A DNA stretch of 64,000 bases, counting the filler, from Stramenopiles sp. TOSAG23-6 (lineage: Eukaryota): NCBI GenBank assembly GCA_900128565.1. It is 12 parts of 12 records of this genome, joined end to end, with 100 filler letters (N's around TTAATTAATTAA, not from the genome) between each part and the next. Parts side by side here need not be neighbours in the genome. Positions count along the whole stretch, not along the records: positions 10,806 to 16,101 come from LT636937.1; positions 16,202 to 21,494 come from LT636938.1; positions 21,595 to 26,884 come from LT636939.1; 9 more parts are not named here. One strand, written 5' to 3'. The notes beneath the pieces were generated by a model, which searched no databases, was not told where the DNA came from, and saw only the letters and a list, made by a program, of their open reading frames with translations. This document shows positions 10,888 to 22,233 of the stretch, piece by piece (position 1 is the stretch's first letter; each line of letters opens with the position of its first letter). The position numbers were made by a program, and so were the translations under genes.

Positions 10888-12402
10888 CTAAACATTCATA
10901 CTAAAAAATAACCTACACCTAGAGTTCTTCTTTGGTTCATCTCTTTCTTTCACAACACTAAAATCTTCAGGTTTCTTAATTGACTTTATAGAAGTATTCG
11001 TTTTTGGACTATTTGCCCATCGACTGTTTTGTTGCTCAGGTGCTTTACGAGAGCGACGGGGTTTTTTTCCACCACGTCCTGATTTTTTTTCAGATTTTTT
11101 TTCAGATTTTTTTTCAGATTTTTTTTCAGATTTTTTTTCAGATTTATTTTGAGATGTTTGACTTTTGTCTTTTAATGGTTTATTGTCCATAGCTTTGGAG
11201 TTGGATATAACTGTAGACTTAATTACAGAATTTTCATTCGGTCCACGAAGTAAAACTTTTTTTTCATTCAAATTTTTTTCAATGTTTTTTGCTGCTGCTT
11301 TTTCCGCAAAAGTTGATTTTTTAACTTTTTTAACTTTTGGTACACTTTTTGGTACAATTTCAGGCTTTGCAAATCCACGTCCTGGGATGAACGTTGCACC
11401 AGTGGCCGAAAGTGTTTTTTTTACTTCTGGTTTTTCGTTTTCTTTTTGATCATTTTGTTTTGTAGTCACTTCAGATGAGGTAGTTGTTGTGATGATGACT
11501 TTAACTTTTTCATTTTTTTTTTCAGAGACTTTTTTATCATTTTTTTTTTTTTCAGAGATTTTTACATCATCTTTTTTTTCAGAGACTTTTTTATCATCTT
11601 GTTTTTCAGAGATATCATCTTGTTTTTCAGTCACGTTATAAATATCTTTGGTTGTAACAGCACGAGCTTTACCAAATGGATTCGTTTTTGGAGCTTTTGG
11701 GATTTTTTTTTTCTCAGGCTCTTTACGGATATCTATCTTAGGTACAGGCTTTGTTCTACGTGTAAGTTGTAAGCGTTTCCCGGCGGGTCTTTCTTCAGGT
11801 GGACCTCTTGAGTCGCCGAGACCACGTCCTTCCCATGGATAAACCTCTCGGTCACGACTGCGATCTTCAGAACCTCTTCGATTACTACCAAATCCACGTC
11901 GACCACTATCACGATCATCGCGGTCTCGGAAGCCATCACCAAAACCACGTCGACCACTATCACGATCATCACGGTCTCGGAAGCCACGTCGACCTCCATC
12001 ACGATCATCACGGTCTCGGAAGCCACGTGGTTCGTCACGGTCAAATGTACCGCCATAACCACGGCTACTTCCATCCCGTTCATCTCGGCCTTGAGGTTTG
12101 CTACGGCGCCATGGATCATTCATTTCAGAATCATCTGGACCCCGACGATCACTACCACGGTTACTTTCGAAAGCGCCACCAGAACGAGATGGTTTTTCCG
12201 CTGGACCGCGTCTCCAGGCGTCGTCGAGATCTCCACGTTGTGGAGCGTCGTAATCTTCCCTTTTGCTAGATTTTTTAAAGTAACCATCATCATCCTCTGC
12301 TCGTTGTGCTGGTCCTGATGGTAACAGAGCATCCTTTTGATGTGCTACTGAGCCCAGAAAATCTCCTAGAGCTATCTTTTTTCCTTTCTTCTTCTTTGGC
12401 AT
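10888..12402 (-). CDS. eIF4B-like translation factor; probably 3' partial (last codons look intronic)
   Basis: MPKKKKGKKIALGDFL, LPSGP, DR/RG-rich region, RLQLTRRTKP, NPFGKAR. Confidence 0.65.
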   Translation of the reverse strand: MPKKKKGKKIALGDFLGSVAHQKDALLPSGPAQRAEDDDGYFKKSSKREDYDAPQRGDLDDAWRRGPAEKPSRSGGAFESNRGSDRRGPDDSEMNDPWRRSKPQGRDERDGSSRGYGGTFDRDEPRGFRDRDDRDGGRRGFRDRDDRDSGRRGFGDGFRDRDDRDSGRRGFGSNRRGSEDRSRDREVYPWEGRGLGDSRGPPEERPAGKRLQLTRRTKPVPKIDIRKEPEKKKIPKAPKTNPFGKARAVTTKDIYNVTEKQDDISEKQDDKKVSEKKDDVKISEKKKNDKKVSEKKNEKVKVIITTTTSSEVTTKQNDQKENEKPEVKKTLSATGATFIPGRGFAKPEIVPKSVPKVKKVKKSTFAEKAAAKNIEKNLNEKKVLLRGPNENSVIKSTVISNSKAMDNKPLKDKSQTSQNKSEKKSEKKSEKKSEKKSEKKSGRGGKKPRRSRKAPEQQNSRWANSPKTNTSIKSIKKPEDFSVVKERDEPKKNSRCRLFFSMNV

Positions 12403-12663
12403 CTTGTAAATAAATAAATGTTTGGTGTATTATCACTTTTTTCACCATGCGCGGTTCGATATTTTAGGGGTTGTGTCGTCGAGTCAGTCCATGTGATGAG
12501 TCAAAAGTCGTCAAAAGTCGTCAAAAATTTGTCTCAAGTCTTAGGGTTAGGGTTTTGCTACCCGGTACCCATGTTTTTGTCAACGTTACAGTTTTTTATG
12601 TCCTCTCTCAAAATAAATATCGACAATTTATAAACATCTAAAACATCTAAAACATCTAAAACC

Positions 12664-13378
12664 ATGGCAATGCTTTACACACCCCAACAGCTAGCTGGTG
12701 GCGCTAGTTATAGTAAAGGAATTCGTGTTGGAAATTGGGCTGAAGATATAGATTATGCAGATGAGCAGGTCAAAGACTATATGAAGAGCCGTGACAAAGG
12801 CGACTTAAATTCAACAAAACAAGCAACGCGTGATGAGTTATTGAACCGACAGGTACCTCACTCATATAGCAAACATGGACATTTACACTTTGGTGATACG
12901 ATTGTTTTGCAGAATGTTGCTACAGGTGGTAATGTAACAGGTGATCACTTTCGAGAACTTAAATCAGGATCTCGAGATTCTCTCGTGAATGTCAAACAAG
13001 CTGTTCAAGGCCCATTTCCTACATCATCAGGTACTCTTGTACTAACAAGAGACGAGGACAGTGTTTCAGAAGCGAAAGAAAAAGACGAAAATGTGTTATG
13101 CTATGGTGACTATTTCTACATGTGTTCTAATCCATCTCTACGTGCAGATTCTAGAACTGGAATGTTACGTCCGCCACTTTTTTTAAAGTCTCTAAAAAAA
13201 GGATTGACTAATGGCCTTGGAGGGATGCAAACTACTGCAATGACTGCTTCGTGCAACAACGATTGTCGATGGAAAGTATGTCCTGTGGATAGATCAAGGG
13301 AGATTTTATTTGAGGGCAAACCTGTCCCTGCTAACGAACCTGTTGTGATTGTTCATAAATCCAGCCATGATTTATTGG
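12664..13378 (+). CDS. CFAP161: cilia- and flagella-associated protein 161-like, 3' partial
   Basis: YSKGIRVGNWAED, LHFGDTIVL, VLCYGDYF, EGKPVPANEPVVIVH; family donor GTACGT at 13379. Confidence 0.7.
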
Positions 13379-13556
13379 GTACGTTTCTATTTTTTTTTTT
13401 TTTTTTTTTTTTTTAGTATGAATTTGAATTTGAATTTGAATTTTTTTTTTCAAATTTTTTTTTGTTTTTTTGTTTGTCCCGTTACATTAAAAAAAACAAT
13501 TCTGGACCTAACAAATCAAAATTCATTTTTTTTTTTAAATATGTTTATANATACAG

Positions 13557-14402
13557 GGACTTTGGATTCTCCCACCTCGGCAGGTACCGCAAGAATCGAA
13601 TTGGAAGCTCCTACACAGCGTAAATGTCGCTGGGCAGATGATCGCGAGGAGAGATCCAAAATTGATGCAATGATGCGAAATGGTACCCGTGGCAATGATG
13701 ATGAAAATCCTCATCAAAGTCAAAAGATGAATAGTCGTTGGTCTTGTATGTTTAATTTTTTTTTTTAATTTCGAATTTATTTTTTCGTACGAAATTTTGT
13801 ACCTAACGAATTTTTTAAAAAAAAATTTTGAAATATTTTTCCAAATTACATCGGATAGAGATGAAAATTCAGATATCACATTAATTGCACCAAAAGTTGT
13901 AAATTCTCGTTGGTCGAATCAAGTCAATCATGATACAAATTCAAAACATGATTCATCATCATCCACAACAAAAGAAGCAATACTATCAAAAGAAAAATCA
14001 GAGGAAGATTTGAAAAGGGAAAAAGAATTGGATGCAAAAATTCGTAAAATCCGAGAAAAAAACAAAAATGGACAAAAAAAAGGAAAAACGTTACCAGAAG
14101 GATTTACATTAGATCCTTTTGGGAACCCGGTACCTAAACAAAAATCTCAAACATTGCAAAATAATACTGAAAAATCACAGAGAGAAAAAGAAATCGATGA
14201 ACGTATTGCTGCCGTTCGAGCGAAAAATGCAGCTATAAAAGCTGGTACTTGGGTAGATCCAAATTTGACAAATTCTTCAACACAAAAAAAACATTCAAAA
14301 TTAGCTGCATTGGAAGCATCAACAGTACGTTTTAGTTTTTTTTTTTTTTCGTACAATTATCTACATTTATTTTTCATACGAAATTTCGTACCTAACGATT
14401 TC

Positions 14403-14433
<31 letters not shown>

Positions 14434-14677
14434 AAAAAAAATTTCATACGAAATTTCGTACCTAACGATTTAAAAAAAAAAAAAAAAAAAATATTTTTTC
14501 ACAATATATGTTGGTCCTGAACCATCTCAACATTTTTCAGCCACTTTACAAAATCTGTTAGAATCAATGAAAATCAGTTCAGAGGAAACTCAAAAAATGT
14601 CAGATATGAATCAAGAACAAATTTCAAAAATGGAATCAAAGACGCGTTCAATGAATCGCGAATTTCTCGCGGGACAT
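13557..14677 (+). CDS. hypothetical charged protein, partial; introns 13746-13851, 14325-14509 and a donor at 14678
   Basis: Three open segments join in frame on GT-AT removal. Confidence 0.6.
13746..13851 (+). other. family intron, GT-AT, 106 nt, phase 1; upstream exon ends TT
   Basis: tct t|GTATGTTT...TACCTAAC...CAAATTACAT|cg gat. Confidence 0.8.
14325..14509 (+). other. family intron, GT-AT, 185 nt, duplicated branch cassette; upstream exon ends CA
   Basis: aca|GTACGTTTT...(CATACGAAATTTCGTACCTAAC)x2...CACAATATAT|gtt, in frame with ATG 14567. Confidence 0.75.
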
Positions 14678-14761
14678 GTATGTTTTATTTATTTATTTTT
14701 TTTTAAATTTGAAATTGATTTTTTTTTTTTTTTTTTTTTTTTGTACGAAATTTTTTACCTA

Positions 14762-14800
<39 letters not shown>

Positions 14801-14977
14801 NNNNNNNNNNNNNNNNNNNNNNNNNNNNNNNNNNNNNNNNNNNNNNNNNNNNNNNNNNNNNNNNNNNNNNNNNNNNNNNNNNNNNNNNNNNNNNNNNNNN
14901 NNNNNNNNNNNNNNNNNNNNNNNNNNNNNNNNNNNNNNNNNNAAAAATGTCAAGGAAAAAAAAAAAAAACAAAAAAA

Positions 14978-15021
<44 letters not shown>

Positions 15022-15463
15022 GAAATTGAATTTTTTTTTTTTCTTCTAAAAAAAATTTGTACCTAACGAAATATTTTTTGAAATATTGTCCCAAAAAAAC
15101 ATTTTGGGCTGGACAGCGGACTGATGAAAATGATGATTTCGTGCAACTTTTATTTCCTGATGCGATCGAATATAAAAAAATGTATGAAAATATTGGAATG
15201 AAAATGGTCTAAACATAAATGTTGAAAATTGTTAGGTACAAAATTTCCTACGAAAAAACATTTTTTTCGGTAAAAAAAAAAATGTTTCGTAGTAAAATAT
15301 GTCAAACGTTTCAAGAAAATGTTAGGTACAATTTTTTGTATGAAAAAAATTAGGAAAAATAAAAAAACAATATAAAAATTAGGAAAAATAAAAAACATCT
15401 CAAAATTTGGTTCAAAAAATAAATTTTTTACATTACATTTTTAAATTTTTAAATTTTTATAGT

Positions 15464-15921
15464 TTAGCACAAAAAAATATTTTTTTCCAAACTTTTAATC
15501 CCATATGAAGGTAAATTATCAATAAGATTTGCATCATCCTCAGTCACCTCATCCGATATTGTATTTTGTTTTTTTTGTGTATTTTGTGTATTTTGATTTT
15601 TTTGTTTGTTTCGTAATGAAGCCAGTTCTTCTTGCATGTATTGTGAAAAAATATTCAAAAAAAAAAAAATTTTTGTTAGGTACAAAATTTTTATAAAAAA
15701 AATTTCATACAAAAAAAATACAAAAAAAAAAAAATAAAATTTACATAATGATTTTAAGTTCATCAGACGTTAAATCTGAAGATTTTTTTTTTTTTTTGTA
15801 AAACATTTTCATCTAAAATTGTTTTTCGATTAGCAATTTTCATTATTTTTTCATCAACTGTAGATTTAATGACAAATCGAATAATTTTTACTACTTTTTT
15901 TTGACCTATTCTATGACATCT
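15464..15921 (-). CDS. SNF2-family helicase C-terminus, 5' partial; intron 15636-15744
   Basis: RCHRIGQKKVVKIIRFVIKSTVDEKI (helicase motif VI region), preceded by a TATAG acceptor at 15922. Confidence 0.8.
15636..15744 (-). other. family intron, GT-AT, 109 nt, phase 2
   Basis: att at|GTAAATTTT...TGTACCTAAC...CACAATACAT|g caa gives ELKIIMQEEL. Confidence 0.8.
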
Positions 15922-16011
15922 CTATATAGTGTAAAGTATTGTTAAAAAAAAAAATATTTTTCATTTGTTAGATTAGATAAAAAGGATGACGTCATTAATT
16001 TTGAGTTGGGG

Positions 16012-16049
<38 letters not shown>

Positions 16050-16201
16050 AAAAATTTTTTTTTTTTTTTTTTTTTGGTAAGGGTTATTCAAAAAATTTAT
16101 ANNNNNNNNNNNNNNNNNNNNNNNNNNNNNNNNNNNNNNNNNNNNTTAATTAATTAANNNNNNNNNNNNNNNNNNNNNNNNNNNNNNNNNNNNNNNNNNN
16201 N

Positions 16202-19200
16202 CACCAAATGCTTGGTTTTGGTTATAGTAATAAAGAAGGAGTTAAGGGAAATGTTGGGCGTTTTGGTATGGGTTTTAAGACATCATCCATGCGACTTGGT
16301 CGCGATGTCATCATCTTTACACAGAATGAAGAGAGCTGTTCCGTTGCGTTTTTCTCACAAACATATTTAGAATTAACTAAAGCTACAGAAGTTAAAATAC
16401 CCATCGTGTCTTGGCCTTACGCAGCTGTTCATTCAAATTCTTACAACGAAACTGAAGAATCTGAGGAAAACAAAGCTAATCTTAAAGAAATATTTAAATA
16501 TTCACCTTACGGTGGGACGCCTCTGATGCATGATGTGTTCAAAAACATGGCTAAAAGAGCAAAAGAAGCGAGATCTGGAAAATGTGCAACTGGGACTAGA
16601 GTACTTATTTATGGCCTTCGAGGTGTCGGTAAGAGTTCTGGTAAGTTTTCAGAAGAAACTCCAGATTTCAATTTCGTCCAAGATAAATATGATATTGCTA
16701 TATGGACTGGTGAGATAGATCATTACGTTCTTATCTAGAAATTCTATATCTTCGTCCTCGCATTAAAATGTATCTCCGAGGCAAAATAGTAACTCCACGA
16801 AATCCTCTCGAACGTTTAAAAAGATGTAGAAATGAGTACACATATAAACCAAATATTGTACCAGTTGGTCAAAAGAAACCTAAAGTCTTAGAGCCAATGA
16901 AATGTACTTTAGGTTTCTACGCTGAGAAGAGAGAAAAAGAGTTACGAAGACTTCGTAGAGGTTTGTCTTGTGGATTGCACATTTATAACAAAAACCGACT
17001 TATTCGATTGTATGAAAAGTTCGCATATCAACTTCAACAAAACAGTGTTGGAAAAAGTCTAATTGGAGTTGTTGAAGTTGACTGGCTCGAGCCTGTGCAT
17101 AACAAACAAGGCTTTGATACGTCAAAGGCAGTGTATTCGAAATTTCAAAAGAAAATGAATGAATTAATGAGGAAATATTGGCAATTTCAAACGGTGAGTG
17201 GTGCTGCTAAGCAATCTGGGTGGCGCAATAAAGGGAATGTATCAAGAAGTAAGAAAAGAAAAAAGACACCAACGAAAATGTCAACAAAACAAAAGCGAAA
17301 GAGAAATTCTTCTGAAGAATATCTTGTTAAACCAACATTTTCAAAGAGAATTAGATTTACTTCATCCAAAACGTCTCAGTCCTCTTCAGATGTAAATAAT
17401 AGTCAAAATGATACAAATAGTAGGAGAAGTTCTCGTCGAAGTAGTGGTAAAAATCGCCGTGAAGATTTTACAACGATAAGTTCCAGTGATGATGACGAAA
17501 GTGATTCAGTTGAATATAGTATGTACGATGATGCTTCTCCTACTACATTTAATCGCAGATTACATTCCAAAAATACAAATAATAATCAGGCATCTACTAG
17601 TAAAGCGACTAGTTTTTTTTCTTCTTCAAAAGTGAACAAAATTGCTGATTTCCGAAAAGTTGATTATAAATCACCCGAAATTTCATATAATGGTATAAAA
17701 GCAGAGTCGTTTAAAATTGGATTTTTATTTGATGCTTTAGACCAATCGAATGAGTGGTATACTGGCCTAGTTCAAAATATATCGTTCATTCCTTCAAATT
17801 TACCTGGTAAAGGAGGCCGTGTACTTGCCAGATGGAAGGGTGGTACTGTCTGGTATGCTGGAATTATTCAAAATGAGATTGAGCCATATAGTATTCGATA
17901 TACCGATGGTGAGGTAGAACATGCGGTTCAAAGAGAGTTTATTCGATTTCCTGATTCTAATAGAAGAATTCGCCAATCGGATAAAACTCATTTAATTCTC
18001 GAAGTTCATTTTATTGGATGGACTAATGATAGTGATGAATTTTTTCGATTGCCACGCGACTTCAATCGATTTTCAACACTTGGTTCAACTTGTAGTGAGA
18101 TAAAATCAAGGGATGTTCTTCTCTCTGAACTGTCTATTGGACGACATTCTAATTTTTTCAGAAATTCTGTTCCAGATATAAAACTACAGTCGTTTTTATT
18201 ACTTTTAGACCGTATACAAAATCATCATATATATACCGAGAGTAATGGCAAGTGTTGTACTTTACATGTTTTTACTCAAGGCAAAGAAAATACAACGGTG
18301 CTTGCCATCAAAAATCTTTTCAATGATATATCCCCCTATGAAAGGTATACACACGAACAGTTTGCAGGTATTATCACACTTCTCTTGGATAAAAAAAATG
18401 ATAAAGAAAGCGAAACAAATCAAGAAATGAATACGACATCTAAAAATGATGTTATCTTTCGTTTGCAATGTAAAAAAATTCTTTATCAAATTGTTTTGGA
18501 ATGGTTCAGTGAAGCAAATGAATATTTTGGAAATGAATCATCTCAAAATAATTCATTTAGTAGTGACTATAATGAAAATCAAGAAGAACACGACCAAATT
18601 ATAGAAATTGAAGAATTCGACAATATGAAATGTAGAAGAAAGCAAATAAAACCTCAACGATTTCACAGTGGTGTCAATTCAGAATCGCAGTCCGAATTAT
18701 TAGATGTACATGTAAGTACAAATAATACTAGTAGCATATCAAATGACAATGGAGCGATTATGCAACATACCTTATTGAATAATGCTGTTTTATTAGATGA
18801 ACGTGTAACTACAAGTAATAATAGTAATACTAGTAGCATATCAAATGACAATGGAGCGATTATGCAACATACGTTATTAAAGAATGCTGTATTGTGCGAA
18901 TCTAATCATTTGATACACCAAGATCAAGATAAACATGATAATGATGAACGTTTTCCCCAAGGTTTTGTCAGTGAAAATATAGATTCTTCTTCTAAAGATA
19001 AAATTGATCAATTGCAGAAGAAAGTGAGTGAAATTAGCGGAATTTCATTGGAAAATGTTTTAGAATATTGGTCAATCGCTCGTTCCTCTTTTAATCATTC
19101 TGTAAATAATAATGCAAATATTTTGCCCGCCGAAGATTTAGCTAAAATAATTAGTTTAATTGAAAAATCTGTATCGTTGGATGGTGATAGTGTTTTGGTA

Positions 19201-19245
19201 TCGATGGATGCTGTTTTAGAATCGATGGATGCGAAGACTGAATAA
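16202..19245 (+). CDS. MORC family GHKL ATPase with Tudor-like module, 5' partial; apparent frameshift near 16715
   Basis: VGRFGMGFKTSSMRLGRDVIIFT, FFSQTYL, KYSPY, GTRVLIYGL, then SLRSYLEILYLRPR in another frame, YNKNRLI, LEPVHNKQGF; VLARWKG..WY.G.I..YSIRYTDGEVE. Confidence 0.85.
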
Positions 19246-19593
19246 TGTTGCTGAAAATGAAAATAATTTCGTATCAAATGAAAGTAATGATACATCGGTA
19301 GAATACACTAATCAAAATGATGTTGTTGAAAATAATGTTGTATCAAATGAAAATAAGGATGCAGTAAGTAATACAACTGAGATATTAGATGAAAGTAAAA
19401 TTCTAAAAGCACTTAAAAAAATGGATACTGTCAATTGGCATGATACATCTAACTTTTTTACTGTTGAAAAGATACAAGACTTTGTGAAACAATTATCTAA
19501 GACTTACAACTCTATGAGTAAGTAACTTGAATATGGTAATATACTATAAATATAAAATGTAAAGAAAAGTCAATAAAAAAGGAGATTTATTCT

Positions 19594-20940
19594 TCAAGAA
19601 TATTTTTTTCCCATTTTACCTTGGCGTTGTAATTTTTTCATATATCTCGTGCGTTCCAAAAGAGAAGGATGGTTATGGTGACACAAAGAATCTAACCAGT
19701 CTGGATCTGCATCACCAAGGTTACTCTTGTGAAGCGCCAGTAATGAATGACATAGGTCAAATCCAAGTTTTGTTGAATATGCATCTGCTTGGTATTCAAA
19801 TTGACGAGTGACCGAATTCATGACTACCATAATAAATGGTTGAAAAGCTGCATTATACATATTCAAATATAACTCAATAATTAAATATGTACAACCACCA
19901 TGAGTAAATCCAAAATCATTCAACAAAAATGATGCGTTGCTCTGTACCATTCCAAACAAGCCAAACATAAAAAAGAAGTTCACACAAGTCAATGCAACTA
20001 AACCATAGTTATGATTTAACATGGCATGACCAATTTCATGACCAACAACACTCTGAACTGCATCAACATTATTCTTCAGATCGGTGATCAAAGTATCATA
20101 AATTACAATACGACGCGTCCCACAAAATCCTGCAACATAAGCATTAGAATGACCTGATTGCTTTGATCCATCAACTTCGTATATTGAATCACAAGAACAG
20201 TGCAGGCCTGTCTTTTCAATGAGATTCTGAAGGGCATCTCGGACGGGTCCGTCAGATAATGGTGAAAACTTATTAAATAGTGGCGCAATTACCACCGGAT
20301 AAAGTGCATTCATCACTAACACGAAACTACAAACAAAAATCCAACAATATAACCAACCAAATTCACCAGCCCAATCGACTAAAGCAACAAGAGGAAACAT
20401 AAAAAGAAGACTTATTACGATACCCAAAATTGTTTTTTTCACAGTTTCCAAAAGATATGAACCAAATGTATAATTATTAAACCCGTGTTTCTCCTCTATA
20501 CAGAACGTCCTGTACACACCAACTNNNNNNNNNNNNNNNNNNNNAACAAGACCAAGTAACGTGACAAACGTCATGTAGACAAACATCTGTGAGTAAGATG
20601 TCTCCGACATTCCTTCAGTCATTTCAACACCAGCAATACTACCAGATAGCAGCCAAATCTTTGGGGACAATACTATAGTCCAAACCATAATATGGACACT
20701 GTATATCAAAGAAAATGCACCGAGAGAATTTTTGTCCACGCTATAGACCAACGACTTAGCGTGCTCTTCTTCCGTTATAAGACCTTTAAGCTCAGTCGGT
20801 CGGCCAATCAACGAAGATTCCGAAAATTTACGACTACGACGTAAACAAATGTACAGCTCAAAACAAGTATGCAGTACAGCTAGTGAAATATATGCATGGA
20901 GCCAATTTAAAGAATCAGGAATAAACATTGTATGGTCCAT
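19594..20940 (-). CDS. STE24: CAAX prenyl protease 1 (peptidase M48)
   Basis: TFCIEEKHGFN, IAPLFNKFSPL, VDGSKQSGHSNAY, RRIVIYDTL, HEIGH, EYQADAY, HPSLLER. Confidence 0.93.
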   Translation of the reverse strand: MDHTMFIPDSLNWLHAYISLAVLHTCFELYICLRRSRKFSESSLIGRPTELKGLITEEEHAKSLVYSVDKNSLGAFSLIYSVHIMVWTIVLSPKIWLLSGSIAGVEMTEGMSETSYSQMFVYMTFVTLLGLVXXXXXXXVGVYRTFCIEEKHGFNNYTFGSYLLETVKKTILGIVISLLFMFPLVALVDWAGEFGWLYCWIFVCSFVLVMNALYPVVIAPLFNKFSPLSDGPVRDALQNLIEKTGLHCSCDSIYEVDGSKQSGHSNAYVAGFCGTRRIVIYDTLITDLKNNVDAVQSVVGHEIGHAMLNHNYGLVALTCVNFFFMFGLFGMVQSNASFLLNDFGFTHGGCTYLIIELYLNMYNAAFQPFIMVVMNSVTRQFEYQADAYSTKLGFDLCHSLLALHKSNLGDADPDWLDSLCHHNHPSLLERTRYMKKLQRQGKMGKKYS

Positions 20941-21211
20941 TTTCTGCAGATTTTCTCCTTTCTCCTTTCTCAGTTCACTGAAGACTGAAGTGGTGGAGAC
21001 GAGGCTTGTGTGTGTGCTGACGACCTCGCATTTGATTTGANNNNCTTTTTGACCAATTTATCAATTTATTTCTATACCGCGTATATATATCAGGTATAGG
21101 TATACCCAGGCATCATTTTTGCAGCTTACTACAAAGTACTACAAAAGGAAAAACAATATTTGTGTGTAAAATAATTTTAAATCATTTTATTTCAAACAGA
21201 TTATACTTTGA

Positions 21212-21494
21212 TCAATTTGTCAGAGTAGAAGAGATTTCACCTCTAATTAGCTCTGGCTCGATATAAATATATTTTCTCTGTTCAATTGGCCAAGCTTTAT
21301 AAGTTGCATCATATTCAGTTTCTCCTATGAACTTTACTCTACTTGGCTGGTATGACATTTCTTCTTGGTTCTGCTGCCGCTTTGGTAATGGCTTTTGGCA
21401 GTAAGCATCTTGCGTCTCCGTAGTTGCCGAGAATGGTAAAGATGGGCGTAACTCATTTTTATGTTGTTCTACTTGTCGTGGTTGGATAGGCCAT
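21212..21494 (-). CDS. SAXO/FAM154-like microtubule-stabilising repeat protein, C-terminal fragment (not in ORF track)
   Basis: Manual translation gives PFSATTETQDAYCQKP and KFIGETEYDATYKAWP, resembling Mn motifs. Confidence 0.55.
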
Positions 21495-21594
21495 NNNNNN
21501 NNNNNNNNNNNNNNNNNNNNNNNNNNNNNNNNNNNNNNTTAATTAATTAANNNNNNNNNNNNNNNNNNNNNNNNNNNNNNNNNNNNNNNNNNNN

Positions 21595-21909
21595 TATGAA
21601 TATTATTATAACACAAATACAGGTGAAAGTGTTTGGACTTTACCAATGCCATTAGTAAAGAATATTGAAAACCCTAACCCTAATAACACAGGAAATCCTA
21701 ACCCTAAGGAAAACAAAACACAATTGACAAGAATGATTAATGATGCTAGTAGTATTACATCAAAAACAAATAGTTTGAAATTCCATAAAAAAATACCAAC
21801 CCCTCCATTGAAAAATAATGATACAAATAATTTGAATACATTACATACATTACCTCCACCTCCACCAAAGAATGAAAAACAACTTCAATTACTCTGGCAA
21901 GAATGCTAA
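21595..21909 (+). CDS. WW-domain protein, C-terminal fragment
   Basis: YEYYYNTNTGESVWTLP at the contig start, followed by a Pro-rich tail. Confidence 0.7.
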   Translation, partial: YEYYYNTNTGESVWTLPMPLVKNIENPNPNNTGNPNPKENKTQLTRMINDASSITSKTNSLKFHKKIPTPPLKNNDTNNLNTLHTLPPPPPKNEKQLQLLWQEC

Positions 21910-22233
21910 ACGAAATACAACACGAAAACTTCAATTACTCTGGCAAAAATGATGCGCGGCACTCGGCACTCTTAGGGTTAGGGTTAGGGTTTTAATAAAA
22001 TATTAATAATAATAATCTAGAAAAAACAGGATACGCGTATCCGTATCCAAAACAAAGGTATATTCAAAAGTAGTGTACCATCTTTCGTAAAAGAACAAAC
22101 TATATAAGTACATAACGGGAAAACACAAAGTGATCTACACCTTCTTCAAAACGACTTAATAATAATTAATAATAAAGAATATATAAACACATTCTTTATT
22201 CAAAGATACTACAAGAACCAGCGAAAATAAATA

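Noticed and set aside
10861-10890. Chromosome end at a CCCTAA array near a contig start
   Set aside because: Only about three units, internal to apparent intron sequence; similar arrays occur mid-gene.
12664-14677. CFAP161 fused in frame to downstream exons via a GT-AG intron 13379-13556
   Set aside because: The intron spans an N and homopolymers, and the downstream sequence does not resemble the CFAP161 C-terminus; a scaffold join between two family introns is more likely.
14700-15060. Poly-F and poly-K ORFs near gaps
   Set aside because: Low-quality homopolymer sequence within introns.
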